The notes below the pieces were generated by a model, which did no database searches, was not told the origin of the DNA, and saw only the letters and a program-made list of their open reading frames with translations. The position numbers and the translations under genes were made by a program. Of a stretch of 64,000 nucleotides of DNA, positions 13,367 to 25,235 are shown in pieces; within the stretch, counting starts at the first letter, position 1, and each line of letters starts with the position of its first letter. The DNA is from Octopus sinensis (lineage: Eukaryota), in assembly GCF_006345805.1 (NCBI RefSeq), contig NC_042998.1, forward strand, positions 146,258,001-146,322,000, in the 5' to 3' direction.

Positions 13367-13557
13367 TTGTATTTGATGGGATAAAAAGATCACGGGCATA
13401 TTAGATGCACAAGCAATTTCAACCGCATATATCTAAGAAAAAACGCTTTTAATGATTCAAAGCTTATGGAAGGCCCAATTTTGCATGTAAGATCTGGGAT
13501 GATTTTTAAGACATTTCTTTGGGAAAAAAAGTGCGTCCTATATCCCATCAAATACAG
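13367..13557. mobile_element. pogo/Tc1-mariner-type MITE
   Basis: TIR (T/C)TGTATTTGATGGGATA at both ends, TA on both flanks. A related copy at ~16074-16255 is interrupted by a SINE. Confidence 0.75.
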
Positions 13558-13852
13558 TAACAATTTGAGTTTGGGATGTTATAACTTCACAGGGAGAGAA
13601 GCACCCTTTAGTTTTTGTAAAATCATGTCTCTTGGAGTAGATACTATTATGTTTACAGTCACCCTAGCAGTGTAACTCCGTGGGAATAGTCTGAACTCAG
13701 CAACCTTAGAAGACAGCTAGAATTGGAGGTTAACTTCAATCATAAAACCCTCACTGCCTGCCTGTCAGTGGCTTCTGAGACGAAGGCTAAGGGAGACAAC
13801 CAGGAAGATAAATTAGATCAGAAAACTCGTGGCTTTGAAAACACAACTAATA

Positions 13853-13883
<31 letters not shown>

Positions 13884-13993
13884 GTGACGATGATGGTGAT
13901 GATGATGATGATGATGATGATGGTGGTGGTGGGGGTGGTGGGGGTGGTGGTGGTTCTGGTGGTGATGGTGGTGGTGATGGTGGTGGTGGTGGT
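13853..13993. repeat. (GAT)n/(GGT)n microsatellite
   Basis: Read directly; source of the poly-His ORF. Confidence 0.95.
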
Positions 13994-14267
13994 ATCTGGG
14001 AGCCCTAACCCACAGCAATGAGGTTAGTGATATTTATTAATTCATTAAAGAACTATACCTATTATTTCATAACAGCATTTTCTTAATTAACTCAAAAAGC
14101 TATATATTGGTAAAGAGATAAGTATCATAATGACTTAAACATATTTAATTTTTCTGAAGTAGACATGTTCTTTTGTCAAATTCTTTTCATTTCAATCAAA
14201 TAATCAATTAGTCATTTAGTTAAATGGTTAACCAACTACCTAATAACAATAAAAAAAAATGTGGAGG

Positions 14268-14500
14268 GACATGACTTAGTGGTTGGAGTGATGGACTCAT
14301 GATTGTAAGATTGTGGTTTTGATTCCCAGACCAGACATTGTGTTCTTGAGTAAAATACTTCATTTTACATTGCTCTAGTCCACTCAGCTGTAAAAATGAG
14401 TAATCCTGCGACAGTCTAGTGTCCCGTCCCGGTGAGGAATATTTACGCCACAGAAACCAGGAAACTGGCCCTATGAGTTTATATGACTCAGGAAGGATCT
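14268..14500 (+). mobile_element. tRNA-derived SINE family E (decayed)
   Basis: Head ATGACTTAGTGGTTGGAG..GGTTTTGATTCCC; tail similar to 15768-16073. Confidence 0.6.
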
Positions 14501-14744
14501 TCATCCTCTTTTTTTTTCATCTAATAATATAAAAAATAAAGAAAAAATGAAGTGAAAAAGAAGCAGTATAAGTGTTTATTATTGGCAAAATGACTCTCCC
14601 AGGATACAACAAAATATAATTAAAGATATATCACATTAATTAAGAGTATCTTGTAGAAAGGTAGAGTGGCAGTAATAGTGGAATTGTGAAGCAGTAATTA
14701 AGAGAGCTGATGGGGGCTCATAGTAATGGAGTAATGGCACAAAC

Positions 14745-14925
14745 TAGCAATTTTGGGGAAAGTAAGTAAGTCAATTGCATCGACCTCCCAGTACACAACT
14801 AGTACTTATTTTATCATCTCTTTCAGGGTGAATGGCAAAGTTGACTTCAGTGGAACATAAGGACAGACAAAATGCTGCTTAGCATTTTGCCCAGCATGCT
14901 AATGATTCTGCCAACTTGCCGTCTT
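14745..14925 (-). mobile_element. SINE family A
   Basis: Reverse complement of family A. Confidence 0.65.
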
Positions 14926-15354
14926 ATGTTGAAGGTTAATAATATTAAGTATACATTACCCAGGTGCACTACAACTCATCAGAAAAGGGTAAAAGAGGGG
15001 ACAAAAAATCAAGTAAAAAAAGATATGCAATGATAACCCAAAGTGCATGCACTGTACACAGAATAAAACATAAAAAGACAGAAACATGAACAATTAAAAG
15101 AATCATAAATAGAGAAGAGTGCATAGACAAGTCAAGAGTAGTGTTGGTTGAATTTCATGGAGCATTGAATTTTTGAAGCATGCAGTGTCCTGATAGCTAA
15201 CAACTGATGTGGGTAGTTTATTCCATGTTTAAACACTTCTGGGTGTGAAAAAAATGTCTCTGAAAGAGGGATTCAAGAACTATTTAAAAAAATAATAATT
15301 TTTATCCTTTTGCTCCTAATACCAACCTTGTATTTATAATTGATTGAATTTTAA

Positions 15355-15574
15355 CCTTTTAGCATCCAGATTACTCTGACAAATGTAATGCTTATTTATA
15401 CACATTGTTTTAAATTTACCGTCCATTATCTTGTAGCTTTGAGATTTCAATAATGTGAATGTTTATTTTTAGAATGACATTGCAGGGCAGGTGTGAGAGG
15501 TCTCATCTGCATAGATTGAACATAAAACAGATAGAATATTTGGGCCTGATATGGCTGGTCTGAATACTTAGGGG
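15355..15574. mobile_element. piggyBac-type MITE
   Basis: TTAA at 15351-15354 and 15575-15578. Imperfect TIRs: CCTTTTAGCATCCAGA and TCTGAATACTTAGGGG. Confidence 0.7.
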
Positions 15575-15767
15575 TTAATTTATGGACATACTTATTAAGC
15601 TAATGACTTCTTTCTTCATTATGGGTGTGATTTCAATTAATTATAATTCCTTAATTCATTACATTAAATATTTTTTAACTCCACAAATTATTTAATCCAG
15701 TAATTTCTGTTATCCTTTGTAACCATGAATTTTGAATAATAATTTAATAAACATATGTTTGATGGCA

Positions 15768-16073
15768 GTGGAGGCACATGGCCTAGAGGTTAGAGCAGCG
15801 GACTCACGGTCGAGGGGTTGTGGGTTTGGATCTCAGACCAGGCGATTTGTGTGTTTATGAGTGAAACACCTAAGCTCCACGCGGCTCTGGCAGAAGGTAA
15901 TGGCGAACTTCTGCTGACTCTTTTGCCACAACTTTCTCTCACTCTTTCCTCCTGCATCTTGCAGCTCACCTGCGACGGACCGGTGTCCCATCCAAGTGGG
16001 GAACCTACACGCCAAGGAAACTGGGAAACCGGCCCTTATGAGCAAGGCATGGCTCTAGAAGGAACAAACAATA
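15768..16073 (+). mobile_element. tRNA-derived SINE family E, complete
   Basis: tRNA-like head GGAGGCACATGGCCTAGAGGTTAGAGC..GGGTTTGGATCTC. 10-bp TSD TTTGATGGCA at 15758-15767 and 16074-16083. Confidence 0.88.
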
Positions 16074-16327
16074 TTTGATGGCATGAAAAATGCACAGCCA
16101 TATCAGATGCATCCAGATGTCAGCAGTGCAAAATCAGGAAAAAGTTTGTAGTGCATAAAAGCTTATGGGAAGCCCAGTTTTGTATATAGAAACTAGGGTG
16201 ACCTTTTGAGACATAATTTTTTGAAAAATTGTATGCCATCAAAAATGGAAATTCCAGTAATTAAGTACACCATAATGATACACTAATCTCTATATAATAA
16301 TAATAACCAATATAAATGTTGGTCAAA

Positions 16328-16541
16328 GGCAGTGAGCTGGCAGAAATGTTAGCACTCAAGGCAAAATGCTTAGCAGTATTTCATGTCTTCACGTTCTGAG
16401 TTCACATTCTGCCAAGGATGACTTTTCCTTTGATCCTTTTAGGATCAATAAAATAAGCACCAATTGAGCCCTGGAGTTGATGTAATCAACTTATCCTCTA
16501 ACCCAAAATTGCTGGCCTTGTGCCAAAATTTGAAATCAGTA
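16328..16541 (+). mobile_element. SINE family A
   Basis: GGCAGTGAGCTGGCAGAA head, GAGTTCACATTC B-box, GGCCTTGTGCCAAAATTTGAAA tail. Confidence 0.8.
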
Positions 16542-16587
16542 TAAATGCTGGTTGGTTGGTTGATATCTCCAGTCACTTTTTATACTG

Positions 16588-16590
<3 letters not shown>

Positions 16591-16644
<54 letters not shown>
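16591..16644. repeat. (AG)n microsatellite
   Basis: Read directly. Confidence 0.95.
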
Positions 16645-16646
<2 letters not shown>

Positions 16647-17218
16647 AAAGTGTGATAAAGAAAGAATTAACATAAGTGGTGCAGAATGAGTGATTTATAT
16701 CATTCTGAAAAATACACATTTTGGATGAAATTTTGCAGAGATAGGCTTTTGATGGAGGAGGTTATGATTATATTGATAAAATGTAGAAAAATCACATATA
16801 TTTATTGAAAACATACAAATGAGTAATTTGTTATATTTCATCTAATTTTATTTTGAGTTAACAAATATTTTTCTTTTGAAAATTAGTATTCATTTCATCA
16901 TTTTGTATAAGCACCAAGAAATTTGATAAAAGTTAAATTATAACTATTGCATGTATATCATATCCCCTGATATTACCCTGGATGGCAAAAAAATACTTCC
17001 CAAGTTAGCCTTCCTATGATGGGTAACAGTCCTGTTATATTAAAAAATTTACCATGAAAACTGACAATTTTCATATATGGCAACAGTAGGGCTGATTGAC
17101 TTAAAAACAATGGATAGGCCAGAATTCTATATGCCACTTGGTGAGAAGAGTTGAAAACAGGCAAATACTAGTCAAGGAAATCATTATATATACATAAACG
17201 ATTTTTTATAGTAAACGC

Positions 17219-17251
<33 letters not shown>

Positions 17252-17413
17252 TAGAGAGAGAGAGGGTATGAGATGTATTGATATCTAAAAGACCCAAAGA
17301 GTGGCAGGTAATGATAAGTAAGTGCTATGGACAGATCGTAGTTAAACTCTTGGTTCAATAATGATATGAGTGAGGAGTTTAATGTGGATCTTGTATTAAG
17401 CAAGCATATATAT

Positions 17414-17904
17414 ATTAGAGTGAATGAGATAACAAAGCCAAGGCTGTGAGGAGTTTTCAGGACATTTATAATGAAATTGTCTTACAGCTGGGATATCCCT
17501 TCATCAGAGATGGTGTGAGAAAATATTTGAGTTCACATTATTATGGAAAATAAGGAGATAGGGAATATAGAGGAAAATAAGAGAATGAAAGTAGAAATAA
17601 GATATATGAAGATATTGTAGTTTCAGTTCCATTGTTTGAGTAAAATGGTGTGTAGAATTAGGATTTTCCTCGAACAATGGAACTGCAATATCTTTATATA
17701 ATTTATATCTACTTTCATTCTCTTATTTCCCTTTATATTCCCTATCTCCTCATTTTCCATAGTAATTCGAACTCAAATATTCTCTCACGACTTCTCTGAT
17801 GAAGGGATGTCCATAATATCCCTGAAACAGCTGTAAGACTATTTCATTATAAATGTCCTGAAAACTTCTCACAGCCTTCGCTTTGTTATCTCATTCTTTC
17901 TAAT
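17414..17904. mobile_element. Long inverted repeat of Penelope-like terminal-repeat sequence
   Basis: Arms ~17414-17640 and ~17669-17904 are reverse complements with scattered mismatches around a 28-nt spacer. The right arm carries a hammerhead motif. Confidence 0.85.
17793..17838 (+). ncRNA. Minimal type-I hammerhead ribozyme motif
   Basis: TCT-CTGATGA-AGGGATGT(CCATA)ATATCCCT-GAA-ACAGCTGT-A-AGA: intact core, 8-bp stem II, palindromic stem III, GUA cleavage triplet, 3-bp stem I. Confidence 0.85.
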
Positions 17905-17935
<31 letters not shown>

Positions 17936-18000
17936 AACGATTTTTTACAGCAAACGTACACATATATACATATGTATATATATACACACACATACATATA

Positions 18001-18385
18001 TGGTGTGGTTGTGCAGTAAGAAGTTTGCTTTTCAATCCCATGGTTCCAGGTTCAGTCCCATTGCATGGAATCTTGGGCAAGTGTCTTCTACTATAGCTTC
18101 GACTTGACCGAAGCCTTGTGAATGAATTTGGTAGACAAAAACTGGAAAAAGTCTGTCGCGCGCGTGGTACGTATGTGTGTGTGCGTGTTTTTTGCTTGTG
18201 TTTGTCCCCGACCACTGTTTAACCACCGGTGTTAGTGTATTTATAGCGGTTCGGCAAGAAGAGTTCGATAGAATAAGTACCAGGCTTTAAAAAAATAAAT
18301 ACTGGGGTCGATTTGTTCGGTTAAAATTCTTCAAAGCAGTGCACCAGCATAGCTGCAGCCAAAAGACTGAAGCAAGTAGTAGATA
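18001..18385 (+). mobile_element. tRNA-derived SINE family B
   Basis: Head GGTTGTGCAGTAAGAAG..GGTTCAGTCCC, TTGGGCAAGTGTCTTCTACTATAG box, internal TG repeat, tail CAGCATAGCTGCAG..GACTGAA. Confidence 0.85.
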
Positions 18386-18817
18386 ATATGAAACTGCCTT
18401 AGCGGGATTTAATCTTAAAAACTAAAGAGTCAGAACAGATGCTGCGTGGATTTTTTCTCGATGTTCCAACGATTTCACGAATCGATTGATGCTTTTTTTT
18501 TTTCAAGGGAAGTTATTCAAAATTGAGTTGCTTCCCTTGCAACATAAACCGAATAAAATTCCTATTGTATTTCTGTTTCAAAACACGATTTCACATCAGG
18601 AATCTTGCAAAACAAATTTATAAACCTAAGAAATAAAATTCATCCATATCAAAAATATCTACAACACGAATAATTGGAAAGATATGAAGAAATGATGCTA
18701 AGTTTGAGTTGAATTTACGCCAGTGGTATTGAATTTATTGAGGAATTATATTAAAGTCGAGTTTAGTAAGATTTGAATCGAAATACAAGAATGTCAAAAT
18801 TAAATGTAAATCATTTA

Positions 18818-19329
18818 CCGTAAATCCTCGAGTATAGTCCACCCTGGAGTATAATACGCAGGGAATTTTTAGGGGACTGTACCTCTGAAAAACATAAACC
18901 TTGTGTATAATACGCAACCCTTCTCTAACTTGAGTCAAGGAGGTCTATATAATGCTTTTGGTTTGTAAAAATGTATACGGTAACGTCCTTTATTATTATT
19001 GTATATATAACATAATGCAAACGCGTAGCTTTTTTGTGCATTTTATTTGCAGAAAATAAAGAAATAACAGTAATAACATTTAATAAATGTTGCTTATTGC
19101 AAGTTATGGATGATTCTTTTATGACTTCATTGCTTTCAGGCTTAGCTTGAGGTATTTTCGCGCCCGACATCACAAAATGCGTATAAATAAACATTGCCGG
19201 ACAGCAAACAGAGACTCGGACATTGCTTAGAAAATAATTTTCATTTTTAACCTCGTATATAGTACGCACTAGGGATTTTGACCGTTAAATTTTGGGGGGA
19301 AAATGCGGATTATACTCGAGGATTTACAG
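18818..19329. mobile_element. pogo/Tigger-type non-autonomous DNA transposon
   Basis: TIR C(C/T)GTAAATCCTCGAGTATA at both ends with TA flanks. Second copy at 41188-41689. Confidence 0.88.
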
Positions 19330-20075
19330 TAGTTCGGTGCCGTACTGCCTGTGATATTGTTCTGATAATTCTGTCTCTATTTTAAATTACAACAATAAGC
19401 AATGTTTCAGCATTAGTACATGACGTTAGTCAGAGTGAGTATGTCTGCAAGTGTGTGTTTGAGTGCTCAAATCCGATGAGTAAGTAGTTGAAAGGCAATA
19501 TCACACACTCATTCATGACGTCATAGGCTTTTGATGAAAGATTTCCCATAAATGCCCATTTGACGACGTTTATCTTGAGTTTTCATTGAGTTCAGAGCAT
19601 GAAATATAAATATACTATAAGACAAAATGCCGTTCTATATATATTACAGGTTGTGTTTCCAGCTGGCAGACGACAACCCAACTTCAATTCTTGGCAGAGA
19701 CATTAGACAGTTGGATAGAATACTTCGCAGTATTTATTCTGATAATCTGCGTTCTGAGTTCAAATCCTACCAAGGTCAACTTTGTTTTTTATCTTTTCAG
19801 ACCTGACATTGTTTCAAGTTTAAGAATACCCTCCTCTAACCCACCATCTCGAAGGCCCTGTAAACGAGAGATGGGTAAGCCCTTCCTGTCATTGACCCCT
19901 TCATAGAATCGTTGATAACTTATCCACTCTATCATCATGGACATTTCTAAAATAAAATTAAAAAGTATAATCATAAAAATTTCTTGTTTCTACAAACATA
20001 AAGTCATTCATTCTTTTGTGTCATTACTTCTTTTAAATAAGAAATGTCGAGAGAAATTTTACGAAAATGCATCAC

Positions 20076-20453
20076 GCAGGCGTGGTTGCGTAATAGGAAG
20101 TTTGCTTCCCAACCATATGGTTCCGGGTTCAATTATTCCAATGTATGGCACCTTGAGCAAGTATCTTCTACTATAGCCTCGGGCCGACCAGAGCCATGTG
20201 AGTGGATTTGATAGGTGGAAACTGAAAGAAGCTCGTCGCGCGCGTGTGCGTGTGTGTGTGTGTGTGTTACCATCGCTTGACAACCGGTGCTGGTGTGTTT
20301 ATGTCCCTGTAACTTAGCGGTTCAGCAAAAAAATTCGATAGAATAAGTACGAGGCTTAGAAAAAAGAGAGTAAGTACTGGGGTCGATTCATTCGATAAAA
20401 ATTCCTCAAGGTGGTGCCCAGGATGGCTGCAGTCTAATGACTGAAACAAGTAG
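20076..20453 (+). mobile_element. SINE family B
   Basis: Collinear with 18001-18385. Confidence 0.85.
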
Positions 20454-20993
20454 GAGGTAACAATAAAAATTGAGTCCTTTTATTATATTAATATAGTCGG
20501 ATGATTTAATGTGAAATAAGTATTCAGTGAATAGTAGTTTTTGCATCGATATTTGATTGGAAATTAATGAGTTTTAACCTAAAATTACCCACTCAGTAAA
20601 TAATTCAGCACTGTTAATGCTCAACATCGTTTCAAGTGTCTATCGACCCCTTGGATAGCCACTTAGGGCCACCCCATCCAATGGGGGTCAATATTGGTCA
20701 CTTTCTGTAAAGGGACATAGGCACTGCCTATCCTCCTCACTAAAAGATTAAAATAAAATGAAATTTCGAAAAAAAAAAACACGAAATAGTCACCGATATA
20801 CGCAGTACTATCATCACAAGTTGTACTTGTATATTACACCATCATCCCTCAACAGTACTGAGCGAAATTAATGACAACATACACAATACAGTAAGCATAC
20901 AAATACTAATTAAAATGATTATGTGGTGAAGAAAAGGTAAATATTAATAACTAACATCATTTCAACTATTCTAGCAAGTAAAGGATCACAGTT

Positions 20994-21030
20994 CCCGACA
21001 TGTTTCGTTCTTATTAGACCTCTTCAGGGA
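20994..21030 (-). ncRNA. Minimal type-I hammerhead ribozyme motif
   Basis: Reverse strand TCC-CTGAAGA-GGTC(TAATAA)GAAC-GAA-ACATGT-C-GGG: intact core, palindromic stem III, GUC site, one mismatch in stem II. Confidence 0.75.
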
Positions 21031-21354
21031 TCTGTAGACGTTACCACCCTTGCTGGAAGGTGTCTTGATCATAGACAGATATAGGCTCGGGAACATGGGG
21101 TGCAGGGGACGCAAGCACACGCTCTAAATCCCGTACTTATGCAGACAGAACGTCGTGGTATCATTAATTCGGGAGTATGGCTAGACTCCACCAGACTGAC
21201 TTTCCTTTGACACTTTCAGTGACAGCCTATCCAAACAACTCAACAATGGCTACAGGGGAAAACTGTAGAATTAATGAGTGTTTTGTTTGTTTACACTATA
21301 AAGTAAAAAATCCATCTTTAAGCTGCGGAGAAAAATGGTAAGATTACTAAGGAA

Positions 21355-21585
21355 TATTGGTTTCAAATTTTGGAACAGTACTATCACAAGTTGCACTGGT
21401 ATATTACTAGCCTCCTCCCCCAAGGGGAAGGAGGCTAGTTGATCAGTGCTCAATTGGTACTTATTCTATCGATTCCGAAAGAAGGAAAGACAAAGTTGGA
21501 ATCTGAACTCAGAACATAAAGACTGACATAATGCCGCTAAGCATTTAGCCAGATGTGCTTAATGATTCTGCCAGCTCACTGCCTA
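21355..21585 (-). mobile_element. SINE family A
   Basis: Reverse complement of family A. Confidence 0.7.
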
Positions 21586-21774
21586 AGATTACTAAGAAAT
21601 ATTCAACTAAAGGCGACTTAGAGGAGTTGTTAAAGAATCGGGCAGAATATCTCGCAGTATTTGTACCGACTCTCTGCGTCTGAGTTCAAATCTCGCCGAA
21701 GTTCACTGAACACTTCCCTTGTATTTCAAACCCCCCCCCCTAAATCACAAAATAAGCCGGAGCCACGTGGAGCT

Positions 21775-21868
21775 TTAGGTGTTTTCGCTCAATAAATACT
21801 TATAACGCCCGGTCTGGGAATCGAAACCGCGAGTCCGCTGCCCTAACCACTGGACCGTTGCGCCTCCA
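21775..21868 (-). mobile_element. SINE family E head
   Basis: Reverse strand GTGGAGGCGCAACGGTCCAGTGGTTAGGGCAGCGGACTCGCGGTTTCGATTCCC. Confidence 0.7.
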
Positions 21869-21909
21869 CACAATATATATGTGCATGCATTCATACGAGC
21901 ACACACTCA

Positions 21910-21979
<70 letters not shown>

Positions 21980-22157
21980 AACAAACAATGTGTGTGTAAA
22001 ATCAAAGGTGCCGAAACGACGTACTCCGAAGGAATTTAAAGGTAACGTAATCTAAGGGTTGAGTAAGAAGTCCATGAATCAGGTATTCCACATCAGTTGG
22101 AAGTACGTGGACGGTCAGTGTGAGCATGCAGGGAACAGCCAATTCAAATAAACGAAT

Positions 22158-22408
22158 GAAAACGGACAACATGAGAACGTGCATAAGAAATATATTAGCT
22201 TGACGCTCGGTGAAAGGAGAGAACTTAACGTTTCGAGCATAGCTCTTCGTCATGAAGGAGAAAGGGAAAAGTCCAAAGAAGGAAAAGAAATCGCCAACGA
22301 CACGTGTGTAGTTGCATTGCTTTTTCTCTTTCTCCTTTCCGACGACGAGCTATGCTCGAAACGTCAAACTCTCTCCTTTCTTATACACGTTCTCATGTTG
22401 TCCGTTTT
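22158..22408. mobile_element. Inverted pair of Penelope-like terminal repeats with decayed hammerheads
   Basis: AAAACGGACAACATGAGAACGTG..GAGCATAGCTC on the left is inverted at 22319-22408. Hammerhead-like motifs at 22225-22256 (-) and 22336-22368 (+). Confidence 0.75.
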
Positions 22409-22435
22409 ATTCTTTTATTAGAATTGTTTATTTAA

Positions 22436-22818
22436 TCTCTCTCTATATAAACGGCAGTTTGTCTGTGCGTTTTCTGTGTGTCTGTTTTCTCGTACCCTCA
22501 CTCTGACCACGGCTTTCAACCGATTCTGATGAAACTTGACACACACATAGCCCAATGTCATAATTCAAAACTAACGCAGCGAAAATTTTGAAAAGTTCCC
22601 CCAGTTCTGAAAAAATCGATAAATTCGACATGGGGTCGAGAATCAGAAACCCAAACCACAGACCGTCTAGGGGACGCAACTCCACCTTTTTTAACTCTCA
22701 AAAAAAATTTACCATCATTTTTTTTCCATTTTTTTGCTATTTTTTGGCTATAACTCTCTAAAAATGCTTTATAGTTATTTCCCTTACAAACCTGAGCAAC
22801 GCCGGGCGATACTGCTAG
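22436..22818 (+). mobile_element. Non-autonomous Helitron
   Basis: A|TC start and CTAG|T end, GC-rich subterminal segment GCAACGCCGGGCGATACTG, no TSD. Confidence 0.85.
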
Positions 22819-24202
22819 TCATATATATATAAATTGCAAGCATATATACCGAATGATGTGTACAAAGATACTCAATTAAAATAAATATTTTTTCTGTAGC
22901 GGTACACTCCTTGGAATTAATCCTACAGTGTCAGCAAAAGAGACCAACGGAATGAATACCAGGCTCGAAAAAAAGAAAAAGGACTTGAGTCGATCCATTC
23001 GATTAAAAATTCCTCAAGGTGGTGCCCCAGTATGGCCGCGATCTAATGACTGAAACAGGTAAAATATTTCGAAAGTCACCAGAAATAGTCTTAAATTCGT
23101 AAGAGGTCTTATTTCGCTGTTAGACCGTTAAAAGACATTTATTCTTTTGCTTTCCTCTCGCTATTTGTAGTCCTTCCATCCCTCTCTTGCATATACCATA
23201 TACAAGACAGCAAACGCAGTTCACGTGTCCTTTTCCTATCTCATATATATTATAGAAATATTACACAACAGAGATGATGCCTTTAGAAATATTTTAAAAT
23301 GTTCGTGCTTATGTTCAATTGAGTGAACTTTTCTCCCAATCATTGTAACGGCCTTCTGATACAAAAATGACAACAATAAATATTAGAAAAATAAGTTATT
23401 ATCGTCAGCTTTCAATATGCAGTGTTACAACAACACTATTTTTTTGTCGATGTTTATTCTATACTATTCCCTCTTCGTCGGAGACAGAAAAACAAAACAA
23501 AACCTAACAGTAATTGTTAGCAGCTCTCAAAGAAAAGAGAAAATTATTTCATGAAACTAAGAATTGATTTCATGAAATAAATGTAGATATTTAGGAAGTT
23601 TAGGGGGGGGGGCGATCTTTGTTACGAGGTGATGTGACAACTACAGGCATGTTTCGGCCTCATACACCCTCATTGGTGAAATATTAACAGCTGATAAACA
23701 TTCTGACATTACAGAAGATGTGTTACGAAGACCTTTGACCTGTTGCAGACGAGCTAAGGAAAATTGCAATCAAACTGAATGGCTCCGTGGTCAAGGAAAA
23801 CGGGATGTAGTGGTAATCAAGCTGAATGGCTCCGTGGTCATCACACGAAGACAAACTTTCCGGCGAAGTGCTGCCAACACCCTAATGAGTCATCAATGTT
23901 TCGTATCTTTAGCCCGAGACACAGATCAGCTCTGTAGACCTATCATTCTATCGACTTAGACAAGTATTGCAGAAATATTATTATATATATGTTGCCACGT
24001 CAGAAAATATCAGTCGCTACTGGAAGAGTTGTCTCGAAGTCGACGAGCGTCCTATATAAGGAAAGAGAGAGAAGGAAAGATAGAGAGAAGGAGAGAAAGA
24101 GAGATATGAGTAGAAGGGACAGAAAGAGAAAGATAGAAAAATAGATAGTGGGATGGAAAGGAGAGAGAAGGAAGTATTGATGTGGCACGAAGAGAGACAG
24201 AA

Positions 24203-24249
<47 letters not shown>

Positions 24250-24456
24250 TAGACAGACATACAGTCAGACAGAGAGGTGGTATAAGAATGTGGTAAGGAG
24301 AATGAAAGAGAGAGGGGGAAGCAAAAGAGTGTGTCAAGTAGAGATTAGAGACGGGTAAATGGAGAGAGAGAAAGAGATAGGCAGATTGAGATATAGAGAC
24401 AAAGAAATAGAGACAAGATGAGAAACAGAGAAGGAGACAGAGACAAAGAGAGAGAA

Positions 24457-24494
<38 letters not shown>

Positions 24495-25235
24495 GGTTCT
24501 CCAGTGGTTTTAAACGGAAGTTGGAGGAGCCAAACACATCTCAGTCCCGTGAGAGTGATAGTTTATTGAATCAATGAACTTTACGAAGTTGTGAGTATTT
24601 CCGGTAACCCCCAGAGGCTGGGGATTACTTTTAATAGAAGGCTTTGTCAACATGTCACCCCTACTAATAATAAAGGGGCTGTTATCTCGGAATAATTCTG
24701 GTAGTATCCATTAATTTCTTAACACGCTGTATAACTTCCCTCCTTTTTCCTTCTGGAAAATCGACGTCGTCATTATTGTCGTTAATGTTGTTGTTGTTGT
24801 TTCGCAAGTTGTTTTTGCGACTGATTCCTGTTGCAAAATGTTTTGACATTTAACTGTAACTAGTCACTTCTTGAACTGTTTAAGCACGTTTCACAGCTCT
24901 TTAGTGAACCTAAATAATAACTTAGGCTGTGTCTGTGTTTGTATTTGAGTAGGTTATGTGTCTGTATGTGTTCTGTGGCCATGCGGGTGCGTGTGTAGAC
25001 AGTCATACATGCATTTACTTGCACACACGACTGTTAGTGTGTGTGTGTGGGGGGGCGTGTGTTTTTATTACTGGGACAGTCAACAGACCTTCAAAATAAA
25101 CTTGACCGTTGGAATAATAAAATTGAAGGTAGATTTTTCAACATGCTTCGAATTAGTTACAACCGAATGAATGTAACTACTAACTACTACTACTACTACT
25201 ACTACTACGTTGTTATCAGTTAACATGTAGAAAAT

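Noticed and set aside
13818-14018. Poly-His ORF (also His/Arg ORF at 26890-27102)
   Set aside because: (GAT)n/(GGT)n/(GAC)n microsatellites.
23644-23678. Hammerhead-like motif on minus strand (CCAATGA..GAAACATGCC)
   Set aside because: At least three core changes and a weak stem II; at best a fossil. A similar weak trace at ~23893-23930 was also not called.
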